Shown here one piece after another: positions 1 through 8,452 of a stretch of DNA of 11,487 bases (the stretch's first letter is position 1; every line of letters begins with the position of its first letter). The stretch is from Pseudomonadota bacterium. GTDB lineage: Bacteria; UBA10199; 2-02-FULL-44-16; JAAZCA01. Location of the stretch: the NCBI GenBank assembly GCA_043822785.1, contig JBDRBN010000136.1, forward strand, positions 1-11,487, written 5' to 3'. Made by a program: the position numbers and the translations under genes. The notes beneath the pieces are model-generated. The model ran no database searches. It was not told the origin of the DNA and worked only from the letters and a program-made list of their open reading frames with translations.

Positions 1-31
1 AATATAAGAATTCATTTTTCTCATGTCTAGG

Positions 32-117
32 TGTCATTGCGAGGAGCGTTTAGCGACGAAGCAATCTCCCGCAAACACAGGTTATAAGGGGATTGCTTCG
101 CTTTGCTCGCAATGACA
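32..117. repeat. REP-like nested palindromic element (GTCATTGCGAG...CTCGCAATGAC type), copy 1
   Basis: Outer inverted repeat TGTCATTGCGAG (32-43) / CTCGCAATGACA (106-117). Inner inverted repeat CGAAGCAATC (57-66) / GATTGCTTCG (91-100). Lies 50 bp past the spoVR stop. A related copy is at 8453-8538. Confidence 0.85.
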
Positions 118-167
118 TCCATGAAAAACATGCAGTTCTAACACAACAACAGTGGGAAATTGGATAT

Positions 168-1682
168 CTATATTCGTTCCTCCTTCACTTCATTTCCATC
201 GAACATGATTCTGGTGGGAACTCCTTCCACTGCAGTTTCTATGCCCACTGGCCTTCTCCATAGTTTAAAAACATTCTTGAGCGTGGCATGTGCATAATCC
301 TGTCTTAAATCCACACCTTCGTTTGTGTGTTTAAGCATAAGCTCACCGCGGTTTTTAAAATTGCCATCTACGACGTCAATCAATGGATGACCGAAATTTG
401 TGAGCTGAAACAAAAACTGTTTCTTTATCTTTTCAAACTCGCGACTCGCCACCTCCATCTGATCTGCTGAGACGTTAAAAGCATAGACGAAAAGTTTATG
501 TTCCTGACAAAACTCAGGCGTAAGAAACTCGTCTATAAAGGTCACATCAGAATAAAGCCTTCTCACCTCAAAAATCTTTTCGCGCCCTAGCCCTAGCTTC
601 TTATCCCATTTGCGCTTGAGCTCCATGTCAGTGCACTCATTGTATTCCTTGCCAAAGCGCCCCTTGTTCCACCTGTCCTCAATATCGCGCAAGAGCTCAA
701 GTCCGATCTTGTAAGGGTTGATCTTCGTGGGCCCCATGGCCACCGTTCCAGAATGGTGGTCCGCATAATCGATCACCTCAGAGTCAGCTAGCGCCTTCTC
801 AGTCATGATCTTTGAATGCCAAAAACTTGCCCAACCTTCGTTTAGTACCTTGGTTTGTCCCTGCGGGGCAAAGTAATAGGCCTCTTCGCGGATTATGGAG
901 AGGATGTCGCGCTCCCATTTCTCAAGCGGTGCATGCTCGAGCAAAAACAAAAGCACGTCCTTCTCGGGATGCTCTGGAAAGTGTTTTTCCTTCTTCGCCT
1001 CTTCCTCTGCTGCACGGCGCTGCTCTTCTAGAAACTCTTCAGGATTTATGAACCTTTCAAGGTAAGGCTTTTCCGCTCGCAGGGTTCTAATGCCGCGCCT
1101 TGCATCTGCGCCCTTTTCAGAAGGCAGACTGCGTCGCCTTATTCCAGGAGCATGGTAATCGATGAGGGTGTCGAGTGAAAGGCAGGCGTCTATAGAATTC
1201 TCAACTTCGTCGCGGCCGTATTCGTTGATATAGCGCATGATCCGCGTCTTGTGGTTAGCCATCTCGTCCATCATCTTGCGGTTAGTATGCTCAAAATACA
1301 CGTTGTTCTTAAAGAAGTCGCAATGTCCATAGACATGCGCCATCACAAGCTTTTGATCCACGATGCTATTCGAATAAAGGAGATAAGCGTAACAAGGATC
1401 GTTATTCACCACCATCTCGTAAATTTTTGACAGGCCGTAAGCGTAGCTCTTAGAAAGCTGCTCATACTCCATGCCAAAGCGCCAGTGCGGATAGCGATTT
1501 GGAAAACCACCATATGCAGCCACCTCATTTAGTTGGTTCCAATCCAAGACCTCAAATATGACATCGAAGAAATCGAGCCCGTATTGCCTGGCATAGCCCT
1601 CGATCTCCTTCTTGAGCGTCGCAAGATCCTTCGGAAGGGAGGTCATGTACTTTGACAACGAGGTTTTTGGATTGATAACCAT
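168..1682 (-). CDS. spoVR: SpoVR/YcgB family protein
   Basis: 504-aa ORF with SpoVR motifs AYGGFPNRYPHWRFG, KIYEMVVNNDPCYAYL, LVMAHVYGHCDFFKNN, TKVLNEGWASFWH and NPYKIG. It follows prkA-yeaH, the usual gene order. An alternative start is Met13 at 1646 (MTSLPKDL). Confidence 0.95.
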   Translation of the reverse strand: MVINPKTSLSKYMTSLPKDLATLKKEIEGYARQYGLDFFDVIFEVLDWNQLNEVAAYGGFPNRYPHWRFGMEYEQLSKSYAYGLSKIYEMVVNNDPCYAYLLYSNSIVDQKLVMAHVYGHCDFFKNNVYFEHTNRKMMDEMANHKTRIMRYINEYGRDEVENSIDACLSLDTLIDYHAPGIRRRSLPSEKGADARRGIRTLRAEKPYLERFINPEEFLEEQRRAAEEEAKKEKHFPEHPEKDVLLFLLEHAPLEKWERDILSIIREEAYYFAPQGQTKVLNEGWASFWHSKIMTEKALADSEVIDYADHHSGTVAMGPTKINPYKIGLELLRDIEDRWNKGRFGKEYNECTDMELKRKWDKKLGLGREKIFEVRRLYSDVTFIDEFLTPEFCQEHKLFVYAFNVSADQMEVASREFEKIKKQFLFQLTNFGHPLIDVVDGNFKNRGELMLKHTNEGVDLRQDYAHATLKNVFKLWRRPVGIETAVEGVPTRIMFDGNEVKEERI

Positions 1683-1713
1683 ATTTAGTGACCATTAATT
1701 AGCAAGCAGCGAC

Positions 1714-1767
1714 TCTGCAAGCAACGCCAGCAATGCGACCTGCCGGCAGGCAGGTTGCGTTGCTTGC
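1714..1767. repeat. Intergenic hairpin with 9-bp-repeat arms enclosing a CCTGCCGGCAGGCAGG palindrome
   Basis: GCAAGCAACGC (1717-1727) is the exact reverse complement of GCGTTGCTTGC (1757-1767). CCTGCCGGCAGG (1739-1750) is a perfect palindrome. Bases 1714-1733 are identical to 6040-6059. Confidence 0.8.
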
Positions 1768-1773
1768 CAAATT

Positions 1774-2877
1774 TCATTTCCCTTTTCCCAAAAAAGCCTT
1801 TATCGAATCCACGATCGCATTGCGGTCAGGAATTCTGGATGAAAGAAGCAACTCGTGTCCTGGAAAACGCGCCTCAATATCCCTTAAGAACTGGCCGCTG
1901 CCATATTCGCTTTCGACCTGCCCATAGCAGAAGAGGTTACAGCTCGGCAATATCTGCTTCTCAAGCAGATTCATACATTCTTCAGTATCGTTACCAGACC
2001 AGTTATCACCATCTGAGAACTGAAACGGGTAGATATTCCACTCCTCAGGATTGTATTGTTCCTCTATGAGCTTGAGAAACAACTTATACGCAGAAGAGAT
2101 TATGGTTCCGCCGCTTTCGCGAGTATGGAAAAACGTATCGCGATCGACCTCGCGCGCCACAGCATCATGGATGATATATCGCACATCCACACCTTCGTAT
2201 TGTGAGCGTATCCAGGTATCGATCCAAAAGGATTCGAGACGGACGATCTCTTTCTGCTCATGTCCCATCGAACCTGAAACATCGAGCATATAGACGATGA
2301 GCGCACGGCTTCTGGGGCGGCGTGTTTCCTTCCAGACCCGATAGACCCGATCTTCACGTACCGGGATTATGAGCGGACGCCTTGGATCGTAGGTGCCGCT
2401 CATGATCTGCCTCTTTAAGGCTTTGCGAAATGTGCGCTTGAAGTGACGCAAGCTCTCAGGACCTGCCGTGGCGATGCCAGTGTATTTGTAACTTCTGGAC
2501 TCCAGATCTTCTGTACCCTTGGGTTTGATGCGAGGGAGTTCGAGCTCCTCGCCCAAAAGAGCTGCTAACTCCTCGAATGTGACTTCCACCTCAAGGATAT
2601 GTTCGCCAGGAACATTGCCTGCCTTTGAAGCGCCCTCGCCTTCACCAGGCTGCACAGCGCTTCCTTCGCTGCCATCTCCCTGACCAACTCCACCCTTTTG
2701 TCTATCTCCATACACGAAGTGAGGTATATCGATTCGAGGGATGGGAACGCTTATGAGGTCCTTGCCCTTTCTACCTATGAGTTCGCCGGTCGAGATATAC
2801 TTGCGCAGCTCCTTTTTTATCGAGCCCCGGACTATCTGTTTAAAACGAGATACATCTTGATCTATCTTTTGTGCCAT
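1774..2877 (-). CDS. yeaH: YeaH/YhbH (DUF444) family protein with a vWA-like domain
   Basis: 367-aa ORF. Motifs: [12 protein letters not shown], a Gly-rich GVGQGDG segment, [15 protein letters not shown]-like [19 protein letters not shown] and [14 protein letters not shown]. Located between prkA and spoVR. Confidence 0.93.
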   Translation of the reverse strand: MAQKIDQDVSRFKQIVRGSIKKELRKYISTGELIGRKGKDLISVPIPRIDIPHFVYGDRQKGGVGQGDGSEGSAVQPGEGEGASKAGNVPGEHILEVEVTFEELAALLGEELELPRIKPKGTEDLESRSYKYTGIATAGPESLRHFKRTFRKALKRQIMSGTYDPRRPLIIPVREDRVYRVWKETRRPRSRALIVYMLDVSGSMGHEQKEIVRLESFWIDTWIRSQYEGVDVRYIIHDAVAREVDRDTFFHTRESGGTIISSAYKLFLKLIEEQYNPEEWNIYPFQFSDGDNWSGNDTEECMNLLEKQILPSCNLFCYGQVESEYGSGQFLRDIEARFPGHELLLSSRIPDRNAIVDSIKAFLGKGK

Positions 2878-2881
2878 AATT

Positions 2882-2949
2882 CAGTGACCAGTGACCAGTT
2901 ATCAGTTATCAGCAAAACACAGCATTAAAACACTGATTACTGATTACTG
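2882..2949. repeat. Heptamer tandem repeats in inverted arrangement (prkA-yeaH spacer)
   Basis: CAGTGAC x2, CAGTTAT x2 and CAG (2882-2912) face ACTGATT x2 and ACTG (2932-2949). The arms are approximately complementary, and the right arm contains the prkA stop codon. Confidence 0.8.
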
Positions 2950-5037
2950 TTTTTCCCTGCGTTCGCGGATATCGCCGCGGGCGAATATCGATGCTACGAA
3001 GTTGAGAACATCAGTGGCACAGGTTTCGCAGTAGCCATAATTTTTAATCAGGCGGCTCTTGACTATATCGATCTTCTCTTGCGTATCTTTATCCACGACG
3101 CTGGATACAAGGCTTGTGAGCTTGATTGAATCCTTCTGATCTTCGAAGAGCTTAAACTCCAGCGCCTTATGAAGCCTCTCGTTTGTCCTATAGTTAAAGC
3201 TCTTACCCTCCAGGGATAATGCGCCAATGTAGTTCATGATCTCACGCCTGAAGTCATCCTTTCGGCTCTCAGGTATGTCGATCTTCTCCTCTATCGAGCG
3301 CATGAGCCTCTCGTCAGGCTCTTCATCCTGACCCGTGTAAGGATTGCGGACTTTCTCCTTCTGGGTGTAAGCCTTCACGTTGTCGATATAATTGGAGCAA
3401 AGGCGGGAGACAGCATCCTCATCAGCAGAGATCGCACGCTGAACCTCGTTCTTCACTATATCTTCATACTCTTCTTTTACAACAGCAAGAAGTTCTCTGT
3501 AGCGCTTTTTCTGATCCTCGCTCTTGATAAGCGAGTGATGCCTGAGCCCTGATTCAAGCTCATTTAAAACCATAAACGGGTTGATGCACTGGCCGCCCAC
3601 ATCTGAGACGAGCGAGTTTGATATCTTATCTTGTATGTAGCGAGGCGATATGCCATCCATTCCTTCTCGCACAGCCTCCTTGCGAAGCTCTTTTACGTTG
3701 TCCTCGGTGAAACCTGGCAAGGATTTGCCATCGTAGAGCTTGAGCTTTTGCATGAGCGTGAGGCTTGCCTTTTTTGGCTCTTCGAGGCGCGTGAGGATAG
3801 CCCACATAGATGCCATCTCCAGCGTATGCGGTGCTATGTGTTTGCCGCGCACCTTGTCCGCCCTGTAATCTTTCTCGTATACCTTAATCTCCTCATGCAG
3901 CTTGGTGATATATGGTATATCGATCTTGACCGTACGATCGCGAAGCGCTTCCATATACTCATTGTTAAGAAGTTTCTTATACTCAGCTTCGTTGGTGTGA
4001 CCTATGATCACTTCATCGATATCAGTTTGGGCAAACTTCTTGGGCTTGACCTTATGCTCTTGCGATGCGCCGAGCAGATCGTAGAGAAATGCCACATCCA
4101 GCTTAAGCACTTCTATGAATTCTATTACACCACGGTTGGCGATGTTGAACTCACCATCAAAGTTAAAAGCGCGCGGATCAGAATCAGAACCGTATTCAGC
4201 TATCTTGCGATAGTTGATGTCACCTGTGAGTTCAGTTGAATCCTGGTTCTTTTCGTCCTTGGGTTGGAAAGTGCCAATTCCCACCCTGTCTTTCTCAGAC
4301 AGGACTATGCGCCTCACCTCTATATGATCTACCACCTTTGACCAGTCTCCGTCGTATACTCTTAGAAGTTCTTTATATATGTATCTGCAGCTCGGGCACA
4401 GATCACCTTCAAAAAAGATCTTCTGATCTTCAGGAAGTTTTTCATTAAGCTCATCTAAAACCTTATCGTGCAGCTCAACAGGAATGAGATGCAGCGGCTC
4501 CTCATGCATTGGGCAAGGTATCTCCTCTGCTGTGCCAAACACCACGCCTTGGTCGTCCAACCCCTTTTTCTTCCAGGTATAGGAGTACAGCGCTCCTTCC
4601 GGAATTGCAGAGTAATTCTCAAGCCCCTTTTTAAGAAGTCTTATAATCGTCGACTTCGCTCCACCCACAGGTCCGTGCAAAAGAAGAATTCGTTTCTCGG
4701 TTCCATACCGACACGCTGCAGAACGAAACACATTGACGAGTTTCATGAGGGGGAGGTCAAGCCCATAGAGCGCGTCCTTTCCGTCGTCAATGGGGTCCTC
4801 AAAGAAACGATAGTGAGTTATCTTTTTCTTGTGTTCCTGATATTCCTCAAAACCATATGAGACGATCATGTCGTAAAGCCTTTGAAAGGCAGTGTGCGCA
4901 ACTTTGGGATTACGCTCTACGATATGAAGATAATCTGATAAATTGCCGGACCAATTAAGATCCTGATAGCTTTTAACGTCGTGCAAAGACGTTATCATGT
5001 GCATCAGATCATGTTTTTGTTTATTTTCATTCGACAT
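2944..5037 (-). CDS. prkA: PrkA/YeaG family AAA+ serine protein kinase/ATPase
   Basis: 697-aa ORF. Motifs: P-loop [80 protein letters not shown] and EGMDGISPR. Shine-Dalgarno AAGGAGGA at 5048-5041. Confidence 0.96.
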   Translation of the reverse strand: MSNENKQKHDLMHMITSLHDVKSYQDLNWSGNLSDYLHIVERNPKVAHTAFQRLYDMIVSYGFEEYQEHKKKITHYRFFEDPIDDGKDALYGLDLPLMKLVNVFRSAACRYGTEKRILLLHGPVGGAKSTIIRLLKKGLENYSAIPEGALYSYTWKKKGLDDQGVVFGTAEEIPCPMHEEPLHLIPVELHDKVLDELNEKLPEDQKIFFEGDLCPSCRYIYKELLRVYDGDWSKVVDHIEVRRIVLSEKDRVGIGTFQPKDEKNQDSTELTGDINYRKIAEYGSDSDPRAFNFDGEFNIANRGVIEFIEVLKLDVAFLYDLLGASQEHKVKPKKFAQTDIDEVIIGHTNEAEYKKLLNNEYMEALRDRTVKIDIPYITKLHEEIKVYEKDYRADKVRGKHIAPHTLEMASMWAILTRLEEPKKASLTLMQKLKLYDGKSLPGFTEDNVKELRKEAVREGMDGISPRYIQDKISNSLVSDVGGQCINPFMVLNELESGLRHHSLIKSEDQKKRYRELLAVVKEEYEDIVKNEVQRAISADEDAVSRLCSNYIDNVKAYTQKEKVRNPYTGQDEEPDERLMRSIEEKIDIPESRKDDFRREIMNYIGALSLEGKSFNYRTNERLHKALEFKLFEDQKDSIKLTSLVSSVVDKDTQEKIDIVKSRLIKNYGYCETCATDVLNFVASIFARGDIRERREKQ

Positions 5038-5040
5038 AAA

Positions 5041-5048
5041 TCCTCCTT
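5041..5048 (-). promoter_or_regulatory. Shine-Dalgarno sequence of prkA
   Basis: The minus strand reads AAGGAGGA-TTT-ATG. Confidence 0.8.
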
Positions 5049-5113
5049 GAGCTAGCTGACGGCTTACAACTAACGGCTGAAAGTCTATTTATAATGATAT
5101 CAGAGCAACCGCT

Positions 5114-6025
5114 CTATTTCAACACCTGCTTCTCGTTTTCCTCAATGGTGGAACGCACAACTGCGCGCAATAGCGTGTTTCTGTTGGCCCTTCCTAAGAG
5201 GGCGCGCAAGTCATTATAAAGCGCAGGATCTGTAATCAACTTTCCAAGCGTACCCTCTCCGCGCCTGACCGATGCCAGTATGTCGCTAAGATCTGCAGAC
5301 GCACGTCGCACGTTAACCAAAATACCAGCAGCGCCATCCTTCTCATCTGCCTTGGCAACAACATCGCCAATGGCTTTCATGGCACGCGCCAGATCATCTA
5401 CAATCTCTTCTCCCTTTGGATCGTATATAAGGGCATGCAGAAGCCCCTTGCCCTTTTCTATTTTTTCAAGACTGGCCCTCAGCGAAGAAAGTATTCCTTT
5501 GATATCTGACTCTCCCTCTTTGCCCTTCAACATCTCATTTACAGTCTTTGCAGCCTCGCTTATGTTATCCATGATATCACCAGCCTTGTCGCCGAGCGCA
5601 AAGATGGATGTTGTTACCTTTGATGGAAGTATGCCCTTGTTTGGAATTACCGGCTGGGATTCACTGCCCATAGTCACGAATATATACTTGTCGCCTAAAA
5701 GGCCCTGGGTTTCTATGGATGCTGTGCTGTCAGTTCTGATCCTGTCCTGATATTGTTTGTCTATTCGCATCACCACTGTGATCTCGCGCTTTTCAAGATC
5801 TTTTGGAACGCGTATGCCGTCTACAAAACCCACCTTCACGCCAGCCAACTGTACTGGTGCGCCATCTCTAAGACCTGATATGCTTTCAAAGTTGGAGTAA
5901 AGGGTATATTGACGGCGAAAGAAACGCGTCTCACTGCCCAGCATGAAGATGATAACCATAGCGAGCAGAAGACCTGCTGTAACAAATACCCCCACCCTGA
6001 ATTCGGTGAGCAAGCTACGCTGCAT
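5114..6025 (-). CDS. mlaD: MlaD/MCE family protein with a long C-terminal helical region
   Basis: N-terminal TM segment (EFRVGVFVTAGLLLAMVIIFMLG). MCE motifs ISGLRDGAPVQLAGVKVGFV and ASIETQGLLGDKYI. C-terminal GKGLLHALIYD and GEGTLGKLITD segments. Start reassigned to the ATG at 6025 (303 aa) because AAGGAGG (6040-6034) precedes it. Confidence 0.92.
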   Translation of the reverse strand: MQRSLLTEFRVGVFVTAGLLLAMVIIFMLGSETRFFRRQYTLYSNFESISGLRDGAPVQLAGVKVGFVDGIRVPKDLEKREITVVMRIDKQYQDRIRTDSTASIETQGLLGDKYIFVTMGSESQPVIPNKGILPSKVTTSIFALGDKAGDIMDNISEAAKTVNEMLKGKEGESDIKGILSSLRASLEKIEKGKGLLHALIYDPKGEEIVDDLARAMKAIGDVVAKADEKDGAAGILVNVRRASADLSDILASVRRGEGTLGKLITDPALYNDLRALLGRANRNTLLRAVVRSTIEENEKQVLK

Positions 6026-6033
6026 ATAAGAAA

Positions 6034-6040
6034 CCTCCTT
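6034..6040 (-). promoter_or_regulatory. Shine-Dalgarno sequence of mlaD
   Basis: AAGGAGG lies 8 nt upstream of the ATG at 6025. Confidence 0.85.
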
Positions 6041-6042
6041 CT

Positions 6043-6114
6043 GCAAGCAACGCCAGCAACGCCAGCAACGCGAGAAACGTTTCTTGCGTTTCTCGCATTT
6101 CTCGCGTGTCTCGC
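6043..6114. repeat. 9-bp tandem repeat, four forward and four inverted units, forming a long imperfect hairpin
   Basis: GCAAGCAAC GCCAGCAAC GCCAGCAAC GCGAGAAAC | GTTTCTTGC GTTTCTCGC ATTTCTCGC GTGTCTCGC. The symmetry centre is 6078/6079. It occupies most of the mlaF-mlaD spacer. Confidence 0.9.
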
Positions 6115-6118
6115 GCCT

Positions 6119-6871
6119 TTAATCCTCAGTATCCATCTGCCCTTTTATAAAGTTCTGAACAAATTCCTCATCAGAGGAGCGAACTTCGTCCTTGGTGCCG
6201 ATAAAATCAAATGTAAGGTTGTGTATCATCGCAATTCGATCGGTAACCTCAAAGGCAGCTTCCATATCGTGCGTGACAACAACCGACGTAACGCCGAGCT
6301 TGGCCTGCAAGGACTTTATTAGAGAGCAGATACGCTTTGTATTTGCAGGGTCAAGCCCTGTTGTAGGCTCATCGTACAATATCACACAAGGGTCGGTCGC
6401 GATCGCGCGCGCAAGCCCCACCCTTTTTTTCATGCCACCAGATAAATCAGCCGGCATCATATCTTCTATTCCCTCCATGCCTACCAAAGCCAGTTTTTCA
6501 GCCACAATCCGCGAAATATCTTCCTCTGAATAATCAAAGTGCTCCCTCAATGGGTAAGCTATATTTTCTCTTACAGTAAGCGAATCAAAGAGCGCGGATC
6601 CTTGAAACAGCATTCCGATTCTGCTTCGCATCTTGGATAGCTCAGAAGAGCTCATCTCACCCACTTCTTTTCCTTCAAATAAAACCCTTCCTGAATCAGT
6701 ATCGAGCACACCGAGCAAAAGCTTTAAGAAAACAGATTTCCCCTGGCCCGAGCCGCCCATGATAGTTATCGTCTCACCATTATAAATAGAAAGGCTCGCT
6801 TTTTCTAAAACGCGATGCGTGCCAAAGGCCTTGCTCACCTTATCAAACCTTATGATTTCTTTTGTAGTCAT
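6119..6871 (-). CDS. mlaF: MlaF/Mkl-type ABC transporter ATP-binding protein
   Basis: Walker A GGSGQGKS, Q-loop GMLFQGSALFDSLTV, signature LSGGMKKRVGLARA, Walker B ILYDEPTTGLDP and H-loop VVTHD. Located between mlaE and mlaD. Confidence 0.95.
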   Translation of the reverse strand: MTTKEIIRFDKVSKAFGTHRVLEKASLSIYNGETITIMGGSGQGKSVFLKLLLGVLDTDSGRVLFEGKEVGEMSSSELSKMRSRIGMLFQGSALFDSLTVRENIAYPLREHFDYSEEDISRIVAEKLALVGMEGIEDMMPADLSGGMKKRVGLARAIATDPCVILYDEPTTGLDPANTKRICSLIKSLQAKLGVTSVVVTHDMEAAFEVTDRIAMIHNLTFDFIGTKDEVRSSDEEFVQNFIKGQMDTED

Positions 6872-6889
6872 TAACTCTTTAACCTAAAA

Positions 6890-7720
6890 TCAAATGCTAA
6901 TAATCAGCTTTGTGAGAAAGAAGTCAGAAACAAAGATGGTAATTGCCGAAAGGACCACCGCCTTGGTGGTGGCAGCGCCCACCCCTTCAGTGCCCCCTCT
7001 AGTTTGAAGTCCTTGATAGCATGCGATGACAGAGACAAAAAATCCAAAAAAGCAGGCCTTTGCTATGCCGCTTGTAAAGTCTTCCATCAAAAGGCTGTTG
7101 CGCACCTGATCGATGTAAAAGCGCGGAGTTATGTCTGCCTCCCTCACCGTGATGATCATTCCTCCTAAAACTCCAATGATGTCAGCCATTACCGTAAGCA
7201 GAGGCGCAGCTATGGTGGTAGCAAGTATGCGAGGCACCACAAGCTTTTGTATGGGGCTTGCGCCCATAGCCTCTATGGCAAGCACCTGCTCTGTAACAAC
7301 CATAGAACCAAGCTCTGCAGCTATGCCGCTTCCTACCCTGGCAGCTATCATGAGAGCGGTTAGTACGGGACCCAGCTCTCTGAAAATCGACAACCCAACG
7401 ACTTGGCCCACGTAAAGTTTAAGCCCAAATCGCCCCAGGCCTATGGAAAGCTGCAAGGCAAGAACAAGACCTGTGAACAGGGCGATGAGTGCTACAATCG
7501 AGAATGAGCGGTTACCTATGAAAGAGAACTGCCTTACAAGCTCTCCAAAAGCGAGCTTGGTGGAAAAGAGCACCCTAAAGGACTGGCCTATAAGCTTTGA
7601 CATCCCTCCCACTTGGTTCATTGCTGAGAGGATACGGTTGCCGGTAATCCTAAAAAAGGATGTCAGGTGCTTTGTAAGCCCCTCTTCACGAAAGATATCT
7701 TCAAGCGATAATTGGGCCAT
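6890..7720 (-). CDS. mlaE: MlaE family ABC transporter permease
   Basis: Motifs RELGPVLTALMIAARVGSGIAAELGSM, EQVLAIEAMG, LVVPRILA and GGTEGVGAATTKAVV. The ATG at 7720 is preferred over the TTG at 7726. It begins 2 nt after the upstream lipoprotein stop. Confidence 0.95.
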   Translation of the reverse strand: MAQLSLEDIFREEGLTKHLTSFFRITGNRILSAMNQVGGMSKLIGQSFRVLFSTKLAFGELVRQFSFIGNRSFSIVALIALFTGLVLALQLSIGLGRFGLKLYVGQVVGLSIFRELGPVLTALMIAARVGSGIAAELGSMVVTEQVLAIEAMGASPIQKLVVPRILATTIAAPLLTVMADIIGVLGGMIITVREADITPRFYIDQVRNSLLMEDFTSGIAKACFFGFFVSVIACYQGLQTRGGTEGVGAATTKAVVLSAITIFVSDFFLTKLIISI

Positions 7721-7722
7721 GA

Positions 7723-8271
7723 TCAATAATGAAATGCATTGAAGAATCCCTCAAAGTCTTCTGTGGCATCTAGAGAAGCCTCTTTGGGGGAAACCAAATA
7801 GAAATCAAACACGCATGCGTTTTTACGCAGTGTTACCAGATCCACAAGAGTTGGAACGCCATCAACCTTGCCTTCTACCTGCTGCCTGATGGCACCTCGG
7901 CCATCCAGCATAAACTCCTTCTCATCGCTGAACTTTCGATCCTCAAGCGCTGTGATTATGTCGCCTGTCAAAGAGGCCAGGGTGCGATCTCTTACCGACC
8001 TGCCGCAATATGCGTCAGTTGAGATCGAGCTTTTGTAATCCTCGCTATAAAAGCTTATTGTGTAGGCAGGTGTGGCCATGCGCTTCCAGCCACCTGGCAG
8101 GATACCTACGCGGTAATACTTGCCCTTCTCGTAGTAACGGTCTGGCGTCAAATAGACCTTGCCATCGTGATAGCCAACAACCCCTTTAAATGGCTGGCGT
8201 TTTAGAACACAGCCAGCTGAAATGGCAGTTGCCAGCATGCATGCGGCAATTATAAAGGCAATCCCCCTCAT
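7723..8271 (-). CDS. Putative lipoprotein, possibly PsbP/DcrB-like fold
   Basis: 182 aa. Signal peptide MRGIAFIIAACMLATAISAG followed by Cys21 (lipobox-like SAGC). First gene of the mla cluster and tightly abutting mlaE. The fold is inferred from the LDGRGA...DGVP...beta-strand...FEGFFNAF pattern. Confidence 0.75.
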   Translation of the reverse strand: MRGIAFIIAACMLATAISAGCVLKRQPFKGVVGYHDGKVYLTPDRYYEKGKYYRVGILPGGWKRMATPAYTISFYSEDYKSSISTDAYCGRSVRDRTLASLTGDIITALEDRKFSDEKEFMLDGRGAIRQQVEGKVDGVPTLVDLVTLRKNACVFDFYLVSPKEASLDATEDFEGFFNAFHY

Positions 8272-8279
8272 AGCTGTTG

Positions 8280-8308
8280 AATATATCGGTATTCTCCACT
8301 GTTGACAA
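8280..8308 (-). promoter_or_regulatory. Putative sigma70 promoter for the lipoprotein-mla operon (leaderless-type)
   Basis: TTGTCA (8308-8303), 17 nt, TATATT (8285-8280), 8 nt, then ATG at 8271. No Shine-Dalgarno sequence. Confidence 0.65.
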
Positions 8309-8326
8309 GGAGTTAGACGACAGCCA

Positions 8327-8430
8327 GTCCCGATTCGGCGTCATTTTTCGTAAGAAAAATACAGGCCGAATCGAGGATCCTCGATACCGCAAACGATTTT
8401 TCATTAGAAAAATCGTGCGGATATCGGGAC
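8327..8430. repeat. 104-bp quasi-palindromic double-hairpin element
   Basis: Terminal inverted repeat GTCCCGAT / ATCGGGAC. Central perfect 16-bp palindrome ATCGAGGATCCTCGAT (8370-8385). Two hairpins, each capped by ATTTTTC-N4-GAAAAAT (8343-8360 and 8396-8413). Confidence 0.8.
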
Positions 8431-8452
8431 AACGCCAGCAAGGCCAGCCGGA

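Noticed and set aside
4650..4680. Non-canonical Walker A in PrkA (GPVGGAKS) as a sign of inactivation
   Set aside because: The PrkA family tolerates a small residue before the Lys. The Lys-Ser and all other family motifs are intact.
3631..4860. Plus-strand ORFs opposite prkA (202, 70 and 130 aa) and similar antisense ORFs opposite spoVR, yeaH, mla, yggS and the 350-aa gene
   Set aside because: They are shadow ORFs of well-supported genes and have no recognisable motifs.
6026..6046. TTG start of mlaD at 6046
   Set aside because: It lies within the repeat and upstream of the Shine-Dalgarno sequence. The ATG at 6025 has AAGGAGG at optimal spacing.
6043..6114. CRISPR-like array
   Set aside because: The units are 9 bp, contiguous and inverted, with no unique spacers and no cas genes in the window.
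8302..8313. Perfect TTGACA on the plus strand followed by AGGAG
   Set aside because: There is no -10-like hexamer 16-18 nt downstream and no ATG at Shine-Dalgarno distance. The site is better explained as the minus-strand TTGTCA -35 box.
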